Source: an uncultured Candidatus Saccharibacteria bacterium
GTDB lineage: Bacteria > Patescibacteriota > Dojkabacteria > SC72
NCBI GenBank assembly: GCA_964621195.1
Contig: CAZULJ010000001.1
Coordinates: 33,200-97,199 of the forward strand
DNA: 64,000 nt
Reading direction: 5' to 3'
The number at the start of each line of letters is the position of its first letter. The first letter of the stretch is position 1. Made by a program: the position numbers and the translations under genes. Of this stretch, positions 57,360 through 64,000 are shown piece after piece. Under the pieces are notes generated by a model. That model did no database searches and was not told the origin of the DNA. It saw only the letters and a program-made list of their open reading frames with translations.

Positions 57360-60300
57360 CTAGAATTTCCTTAACCATCTCTTTGTTTCGCTATTTAAAG
57401 CAATTGTTTTTTCTAATACAACAGACCGACTCTTGCCATCTTCATTTACAATTATCTTTACAGGGATATCCCCCTGAGACTCAGATATATATTTTTTTAA
57501 GTCACGAATCTGGTCTTCAGTATGTGATGGTCTAATTCTAAAAGTTATTCCATCAAAATTGTCTCCATATTTTGATTCATCTATATACTTCACCTTATCC
57601 ATTACAATACTTTTTTCTCCATTCTTTACATTGATACTACCTGCAATTAAGATAGGCTTGCCCTCCTGTAGTACATCTTTTATCTCTTGATAGCTTTGGG
57701 GGAAAACTATTATGTCTGCAATTCCTGATTTGTCCTCGACAGTTAGAAAGGCCATCATATCTCCCTTCTTTGTAGTTATCTTTCTGACCTTGTTAACCAT
57801 TACACCAAGTATTACCACCTCTCTATTCTTTTTATCTAGCGCATCTTTTACAGGAATAACTTTCTTTGACTCGAAAAACTCCTGCAAATTATCAAGAGGA
57901 TGACTAGAGAAATATAGCCCAAGAAGCTCCTTTTCCCACTGTAATACTTGGAATTTAGGAGTCTTTTCAATATTTGGTAGTGGCGTACTAGTTACTTCCG
58001 GAACTGTACTTGCACCTTGAGAGAGTGAAAAAATATCAATTTGTCCTACACTTTTTGCAGAGTTACTCTTCTTTGCTCTTTCAAATATCGTTGGTAATAT
58101 ACTTAAAAGTGCAGCTCTATCACCAAACTCATCCATTGTACCAGCCATTATCAAATACTCTATTGCTCTCTTTTGTACACCCTTTTTAGCGACCCTTTCA
58201 ACAAAGTCATCTAAGCTCTTGAAATTACCGTTCTCTTTTCTTTCCTTCACAACAGTTTGAACAATATCCTCTCCCACATTCTTTATACCGCCCAATCCAA
58301 ACCGGATACTACTATCGCCCTCAATAGTGAAAAATACCTTACTTTGATTTATAGTTGGTGGTAGTACATCAATACCTAGTCTCTCACACTCATTTAAATC
58401 TATAATTACACGCTCAAAATTATCTAAATCACCTTCTAAAAGTGCAGCCATAAACTCTAGAGGATAGTGGGCTTTAAGATATGCAGTCCAATATGCAATC
58501 GTTGCATACGATGCACTATGTGCCTTGTTAAAACCGTAGTTAGCAAACTGGATAAGCTTGTCCCACAATCTTTCTGTCTCTTTTTCATCGAAACCATTAC
58601 TCTTTGCACCCTCCAGGAATTTAGGCTTCTCCTTATCCATTATCTCCATCTTTTTTTTACCCATTGCACGTCTCAGAAGGTCTGCAGCACCAAGAGTATA
58701 TCCTGCTACAATCTGAGCGATTTTCATAACTTGCTCCTGGTATGTGATTACACCATTTGTAACCTCTAGAACCGGTTGCAGAGCATCAAATACATAGTCT
58801 GGATCCTGTTCTCCCTTTTTGACTGCAACATACTCGGGGATGTACTGCATAGGCCCTGGTCTATATGCTGCTAGCAGATAACAAATGTCTTCCTGGGTTT
58901 CAGGTTTTAGTGCACGAATACTTCTCTTCATACCCTCACTTTCCATCTGAAACACACCTACAGTATGTCCACTTTGTATTACTTGAAAAGTAGATTTGTC
59001 ATGTGGGTCTAGTTCTAAAAGGTCAATCTCCTCCTTCCTATTTACCTTAATCTTAGTAACAGCCTCACCAATGACATTCAAGTTTCTAAGACCAAGAAAG
59101 TCGAATTTCATAAGGCCAACATACTCAATATCGGACATCTCAAATTGTGTCATACCAATACCCCCTCCATGAGAATCTCTTTGTATTGGGCAGTAGTTAA
59201 CAACAGGCTCGGGAGTAACAATAACTCCACAGGCGTGAGTAGAGGTTCCTCTACAGATCCCAGAGACCTTCCTTACGATCCTTGCTAGTTCTAAGGTCTT
59301 TTCGGATGAATTAATAACTTCTGCAAATTCAGGATTATGCTCTATCATATAGTCAATATCCTTGGATTTACCAAAAACAATCTCAACCATTTTTGCTAAT
59401 TTGTCAGTAACTGCCAACTCAATTCCTAGAACTCTTCCTACATCCTTTATTGCCTGCCTTGTTTGTAATTTACTAAATGTACCTATCTGTTTTACATTGT
59501 CTATTCCATATTTATCAATAGTGTACTGTATAACTTCATCCCTTCTTTTATCAGCGATATCAATATCAAAATCAGGAGGTGAGTCTCTCTCAGGATTTAG
59601 GAATCTTTCAAAGTAGAGCTCCCAAGAGATAGGTTCAATATTTGTAATTTCTGTACAATATGCAACAACAGAACCACAACCGGAGCCTCTCATACCGACT
59701 ACAATTCCATTCTGCCTACAAAACATTACAAAGTCCCGAACAACAAGAAAGTAATCGTTATACCTTCTCTCATCGATAATTTCTAGTTCGTAATTTAACC
59801 TATCCTCAAGATCCTTTGTCATCTTTCCATACTTAACCTTCGCTCCTTCAAATGCTAGTTTTCTAAGGTATGATGCAGATGTCTCTCCCTCGGGGAGATC
59901 AAGAAAGTGTGGCTCGACACGGCCGAATGTAATATCAAACATCTCTATCTCATCTGATATCTTTTGTGTATTCTCTATGGCCTCTGGTAAATCCTCAAAA
60001 AGCTCCTCCATCTCCTGCGGAGTCTTAACGTAGAATTCATTTGTTGGCATTTTTCTTCTAGTTGGATCGTCCCATGTTTTACCATCTCCTATACACCAGA
60101 GAATTTCCTGTATATATGCATCTTCTTTGTTTAAGTAGTGGGCATCACAGGTTGCAACAAGTGGCAGATTTAACTCCCTCGCTACTTTTATTAAAGACTC
60201 ATTGACAACATCTTGCTCCTCCATTCCGTTTCTTTGGATCTCTATATAGAAACGATCCTTGAAAAGTTCTGAATACTTAGTAGCAGCCTTAATTGCATCA

Positions 60301-60752
60301 CCGTAGTTTCCATTTAAAAGAGGCTTTGCGACCGGACCTGCCAAACATGCAGAGAGAGCAATTAAACCCTCTGAGTATTTTGACAACGTTTTGAAATCTA
60401 TCCTCGGTTTGTAATAAAAGCCCTCCATATGAGCCAAAGAGACTATCTTCATTAAATTCTTGTAACCTTCCTGATTCTTTGCAAGCAAAACTAAATGGTT
60501 ATACTTGTTATCTATACCAAAGTCTTTTTGCTCCATATCTCTTGGTGCGATGTATATCTCACAACCAAGAATCGGTTTCAAACCAGCCTCTTTCATTGCA
60601 CTCTTAAACTTCATAGCCCCATACATATTTCCATGATCAGTCAGTGCACAAGATTGCATACCACTCGCAGTAAGCTTTTCTACAAGAGAGGGGATACGAA
60701 TTGTAGCGTCCAACAGAGAATACTCTGTGTGCAGATGTAAATGTGTAAACAT
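57360..60752 (-). CDS. dnaE: DNA polymerase III alpha subunit
   Basis: N-terminal PHP domain (MFTHLHLHTEYSLLDA), polymerase core, OB-fold C-terminal region; 1130 aa. Confidence 0.95.
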   Translation of the reverse strand: MFTHLHLHTEYSLLDATIRIPSLVEKLTASGMQSCALTDHGNMYGAMKFKSAMKEAGLKPILGCEIYIAPRDMEQKDFGIDNKYNHLVLLAKNQEGYKNLMKIVSLAHMEGFYYKPRIDFKTLSKYSEGLIALSACLAGPVAKPLLNGNYGDAIKAATKYSELFKDRFYIEIQRNGMEEQDVVNESLIKVARELNLPLVATCDAHYLNKEDAYIQEILWCIGDGKTWDDPTRRKMPTNEFYVKTPQEMEELFEDLPEAIENTQKISDEIEMFDITFGRVEPHFLDLPEGETSASYLRKLAFEGAKVKYGKMTKDLEDRLNYELEIIDERRYNDYFLVVRDFVMFCRQNGIVVGMRGSGCGSVVAYCTEITNIEPISWELYFERFLNPERDSPPDFDIDIADKRRDEVIQYTIDKYGIDNVKQIGTFSKLQTRQAIKDVGRVLGIELAVTDKLAKMVEIVFGKSKDIDYMIEHNPEFAEVINSSEKTLELARIVRKVSGICRGTSTHACGVIVTPEPVVNYCPIQRDSHGGGIGMTQFEMSDIEYVGLMKFDFLGLRNLNVIGEAVTKIKVNRKEEIDLLELDPHDKSTFQVIQSGHTVGVFQMESEGMKRSIRALKPETQEDICYLLAAYRPGPMQYIPEYVAVKKGEQDPDYVFDALQPVLEVTNGVITYQEQVMKIAQIVAGYTLGAADLLRRAMGKKKMEIMDKEKPKFLEGAKSNGFDEKETERLWDKLIQFANYGFNKAHSASYATIAYWTAYLKAHYPLEFMAALLEGDLDNFERVIIDLNECERLGIDVLPPTINQSKVFFTIEGDSSIRFGLGGIKNVGEDIVQTVVKERKENGNFKSLDDFVERVAKKGVQKRAIEYLIMAGTMDEFGDRAALLSILPTIFERAKKSNSAKSVGQIDIFSLSQGASTVPEVTSTPLPNIEKTPKFQVLQWEKELLGLYFSSHPLDNLQEFFESKKVIPVKDALDKKNREVVILGVMVNKVRKITTKKGDMMAFLTVEDKSGIADIIVFPQSYQEIKDVLQEGKPILIAGSINVKNGEKSIVMDKVKYIDESKYGDNFDGITFRIRPSHTEDQIRDLKKYISESQGDIPVKIIVNEDGKSRSVVLEKTIALNSETKRWLRKF

Positions 60753-60777
60753 AAATTCAATAGCTCATCTAGTTCTG

Positions 60778-60794
60778 ATATACTAGATTAGTAT
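60778..60794. promoter_or_regulatory. palindrome ATATACTA-gat-TAGTAT in the dnaE-uvrC promoter region
   Basis: ATACTA/TAGTAT inverted repeat with 3-nt spacer in the 40-nt gap between divergent dnaE and 60793 starts; half-site TAGTAT is shared with the lexA-upstream repeats. Confidence 0.35.
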
Positions 60795-61527
60795 GGATAG
60801 GGATATGTTTTCAAGTACAAGTAGAAAAGGTCGTTTCCAAGGTATTCTCCACAAAGAGAACACTCTATTTCTCTCCCTTGTTACCGTTTTGTTTTTTGTT
60901 TACCTACTCTTACTCTCTCCACACATTGAGAACTTTATTAAAAATATCACCCTGGGTGAGATTCGGGCTAGCAGAGAAATAACACTCAATTATCTAACAC
61001 CAATAGCTAATAGCGAAATATACTCTCAAGAATACTCTCTTAATACACTCTCAACTGCAGATCTGCTTAAACAGGTAAATAGTAAAACAAAGATAAGAAC
61101 CGATGATCCTAGAGTTATTGCTATGCAAAAATTCCTACTTGCATACAACTCCCCTATGTATCCCTACGCAAGAAACTTTGTAGAAGAAGCAGATAAATAT
61201 GGGTTAGATTGGAGATTGGTAGTATCAATATCTGGTGTAGAGTCCGCTTTCGGCAACTTAGTACCAAAAGGTACAAACAATGGGTGGGGCTGGAGAGGAA
61301 TTAACCCAGATGAAAGAGGATGGAGCCAATTTGATACTTGGGGAGATGGTATAGCCGTTGTAACAAGTAGACTAGCATTAGGATACGGTACAGATCTAAC
61401 ACCATTTCAAATAGAGCCTACCTACTGTCCACCATGCGGTGCAAACCCAGCACATGCTTGGGCAAATGGAGTTACTAGATTTATGAACGAGCTAGATTAC
61501 TACGTAGACAATTTAAATAACTTCTAA
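60793..61527 (+). CDS. peptidoglycan hydrolase-like protein (glucosaminidase/lysozyme-like domain)
   Basis: N-terminal TM; LVVSISGVESAFGNLVPKGTNNGWGWRG resembles the glucosaminidase/FlgJ-type catalytic region (AQAALESGWG...NNLFGIK); start may be the internal Met at 60805. Confidence 0.45.
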   Translation: MDRDMFSSTSRKGRFQGILHKENTLFLSLVTVLFFVYLLLLSPHIENFIKNITLGEIRASREITLNYLTPIANSEIYSQEYSLNTLSTADLLKQVNSKTKIRTDDPRVIAMQKFLLAYNSPMYPYARNFVEEADKYGLDWRLVVSISGVESAFGNLVPKGTNNGWGWRGINPDERGWSQFDTWGDGIAVVTSRLALGYGTDLTPFQIEPTYCPPCGANPAHAWANGVTRFMNELDYYVDNLNNF

Positions 61528-61538
61528 TATATTCTAAT

Positions 61539-61829
61539 ATGCTGTCCCTAATATTTAGAATTCTATACACTGCATCAACTTTTATACAAACCTTACTTAT
61601 CTTTAGGATAATATTGAAGGTTATAAATGCAGATGTCACAAACAATCTAGTAAGTTGGGTATATAACCTAACAGATACCTTCATACAGCCATTCTACGGA
61701 ATAGTTGCAGAAGAGATGATGATTGATAAATTCACAATAGAATTAACACCCATAATTGCCTTAATATTCTTTGCAATACTCTCCTTTGTATTCGCAGAAC
61801 TCTCAAAATCCTTTAGGCAAGCCAGTTAA
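61539..61829 (+). CDS. YggT family membrane protein
   Basis: 96 aa, two TM helices with LIFRIIL and TDTFIQPFYG motifs typical of YggT/Ycf19. Confidence 0.5.
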   Translation: MLSLIFRILYTASTFIQTLLIFRIILKVINADVTNNLVSWVYNLTDTFIQPFYGIVAEEMMIDKFTIELTPIIALIFFAILSFVFAELSKSFRQAS

Positions 61830-61855
61830 TCAGTTTTGTGGTATAATATGAACAT

Positions 61856-62590
61856 ATGGCAAGAATCGATTTGAAGCAATCTTCAGGATTGCCTCTTTTT
61901 TATAGTGGAGAAGACTTACAGCCCCAAGGATTAACAATTGCAGATACTGCTACTATTTGCATCGATGATATCCGCTCACAGCTATTAAATGAAGAGCTCA
62001 ATTGTCCTGCAGTCTTTTACAAGAAATACAAAGATATTGATAAGGACAGTGTATTCAAAAGTAAAAACCTCAAAATAAATATATATCTCATCTATCCAAA
62101 TCTTGCAGGCATTGAATACGCAAAAACATTCGCAACAAAATGCTTAAAGAGACCAAGAATTCTAGAAGTAATCTATGGAGGTGGTACAGTCTTGCTTCAA
62201 AAATATGACTCACCTGCCAAAAACAGAGTACTGAAATCCCAAATTAAAAAAGGCCAAAAGATCATTGTACCTCCTGGTTATACATGTGCGATTGTTAACT
62301 CAAGACAAACTTCCAATCTAATAGTGCTCGAGTTAGTTGCTAGGGATGCAAAATCAAGAGTAGTTCTTGATGATAGAGGTGGAATGGCCTATTATATTAT
62401 TAGAAAGAACGCAAAACAGGAAATTGTTAGAAATCCAGATTACAAGATAGTTAATGAGCCAGAAAAAGTTGAGTGGGATAACATCATTTCAAAATATGGG
62501 ATAACCGCAAAGACACCAATTGTAAAGCAAGTAATGAGAAAATATGAGAAATTTGAATGGATATTTAAAGAGAGCTCTATCGATATTTAG
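61856..62590 (+). CDS. hypothetical protein
   Basis: 244-aa ORF; no confident motif. Confidence 0.4.
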   Translation: MARIDLKQSSGLPLFYSGEDLQPQGLTIADTATICIDDIRSQLLNEELNCPAVFYKKYKDIDKDSVFKSKNLKINIYLIYPNLAGIEYAKTFATKCLKRPRILEVIYGGGTVLLQKYDSPAKNRVLKSQIKKGQKIIVPPGYTCAIVNSRQTSNLIVLELVARDAKSRVVLDDRGGMAYYIIRKNAKQEIVRNPDYKIVNEPEKVEWDNIISKYGITAKTPIVKQVMRKYEKFEWIFKESSIDI

Positions 62591-64000
62591 TATATCTCTT
62601 GTCCTTTCAATCTTACTACTTGTAAATCTTTCCCCTTCATATGCTCTAGACGGATTTGATATTAAATCCGACTTTTATCACGTATGGGATGGTAAGAAAA
62701 TCGATACAACGATATATATAACCATCTCAACAACAGAGACCTCAAGAGTTCTCACCTACTATACAATCACAATACCACAGGAAAATCTCAGACCGAAGGT
62801 ATATTCTCTCACAAAGAATATAAAGTTGGATCCAACATATTACTATAGGGATCAGGCTACAGATATGATCATTGATTTAGAAAATACTGTTGTTTCTAAA
62901 GAGAACCCTGTAAACATTAAATTAACGTTCTCAACAGAACAAGAAGGGAACAATCTCTCACTTATATCCTCAATAAAAGATACACAATCAAGAGTATTCA
63001 GTTTTACATATCCAAATAAACTGGGAGAGATATCGTGGTCCTCATCACCAATTACCGATATAACACAGAAAGGTTCCAATACAGAGATAAAAACTGCATC
63101 CCCTAGTAGTACAAAAGTAAACCTAACACTCGGGGAAGAGATTCTTTACTCCTTTCAAATATCTAGGAACTTAATAAACAGTAGTGAAGATATGATCTCT
63201 TCAGAGATATCACTACCTCCAAATAGTAACAATCAATTTGTATTGATAACGGAGTTAACACCAACTCCGAATGAAAGTTACAAAGATATCGATGGCAACT
63301 ACATTCTTCAATATGAGATTGCTCCCAAAAGTAATATCGATGTAAGCATAAATGGATACATAGTTATGGATAAAAGTATTACAGGAAACATAACTGAGCC
63401 AGAAATTGAGAGTGAGACAATATGGGAAATTAAAGATACCGCACTAGAAAAAAGAATAACTAAGTATCTCAAAGAAGCTGGAATACCCGAAGACATTGAG
63501 GATATAAGTGAGATTGAAGACAACGGTATACGACAGCTACTTTACAAGACTCTTTATCTTTTCCTAGTTGAAAATCTAGAACCAAACACATTAACTATTG
63601 GATCCCTAACTGGTGGAACAAGACTCGGAGGAGAGAGAGCCCTAAGCGAACAGGCACTTTCAACCAGTGAAGATTACTCAGACTCTATGATTGCTTTGTA
63701 CAGATACTTTGGAATACCTGCTCGATTAGTAATTGGATATGTCACAAACATCTCTGACTATCACCCAGATGGAATGTATCACTACTGGGTTGAGTATTTT
63801 GATACAGAAACAAAAGATTGGATAATCGTAGATCCATTCCTAGAGGATTACTCTCATACATCACTACTAAACAGAGCTTTCCCAGATCACATTTCTTTAC
63901 TATACAGATATTACAACCCAAATACTCCAAAACTTACATACTACTCTGAAAATGATTTTCTGGTTTCATTGACACAGGAAGAGATACCAACATACAACAA
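62554..64000 (+). CDS. secreted transglutaminase-like domain protein, 3'-partial (runs off the window)
   Basis: Open frame from ATG 62554 (MRNLNGYLKRALSIFSISLVLSILLLVNLSPSYA signal peptide) to the window end with no stop; late region SDSMIALYRYFGIPARLVIGY...YHYWVEYFDTETKDWIIVDPF matches the transglutaminase-like core (C-x-x-[FY]-A...GIPAR...H..W.E...W...DP) with Ser at the catalytic Cys position. Not in the supplied ORF track because it has no stop in the window. Confidence 0.55.

Noticed and set aside
1-64000. CRISPR arrays, diversity-generating retroelements, transposases, integrases or prophage blocks
   Set aside because: No regularly spaced direct repeats; no reverse transcriptase (YxDD) or transposase/integrase motifs in any frame. 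The paralogous surface proteins lack an accompanying RT, so there is no DGR.
1-64000. Alternative genetic code (UGA=Gly, code 25)
   Set aside because: Long conserved genes (dnaE, uvrB, pyrG, glmS) are intact under the standard code with motifs in register. No recoding is needed.

Overview
This is an AT-rich (about one-third GC) bacterial window with small, tightly packed and often overlapping genes. Its content is consistent with a Candidate Phyla Radiation (Patescibacteria)-like genome; that is inferred from gene content and composition, not from any search. Genes recognised by motif: DNA polymerase III alpha (dnaE), uvrC, uvrB, mutL, rsmI, lexA, an nrdR-nrdD-nrdG anaerobic ribonucleotide reductase operon, trxB, family II inorganic pyrophosphatase, methionine aminopeptidase, a RecD-like helicase, an FKBP isomerase, MarR, an epsilon-like exonuclease, obg, a two-subunit 2-oxoacid:ferredoxin oxidoreductase next to an ADP-forming acetyl-CoA synthetase, a Mur-family ligase, pyrG, a CMP/dCMP-type deaminase, glmS, NAD kinase, an RRM protein, an ABC transporter, LemA with a DUF2207-like partner, and an M16 peptidase. 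RNA features are tRNA-Pro(TGG), tRNA-Gln(TTG) and a glmS ribozyme in the glmS 5' leader. Observations worth a second look: (1) a standalone 45-aa NrdD glycyl-radical ORF sits in frame after a TAA stop that ends nrdD, and its own stop overlaps the nrdG start; (2) three direct TAGTATACC repeats plus an inverted copy lie upstream of lexA, divergent from a small membrane-protein gene, and a related ATACTA-N3-TAGTAT palindrome lies upstream of dnaE-uvrC; (3) a 292-aa minimal [FeFe]-hydrogenase H-domain protein lacks the proton-relay cysteine; (4) two tandem paralogous Cys-rich giant surface proteins flank tRNA-Pro and carry a repeated C-x-DPDGC-x-C-x-Y module; a separate 1477-aa beta-helix/FN3/PKD surface protein and a DsbA(CPHC)-CcdA fusion are also present; (5) a GC-elevated island holds a small membrane protein with atypical codons. 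No CRISPR array, reverse transcriptase or transposase is recognisable.
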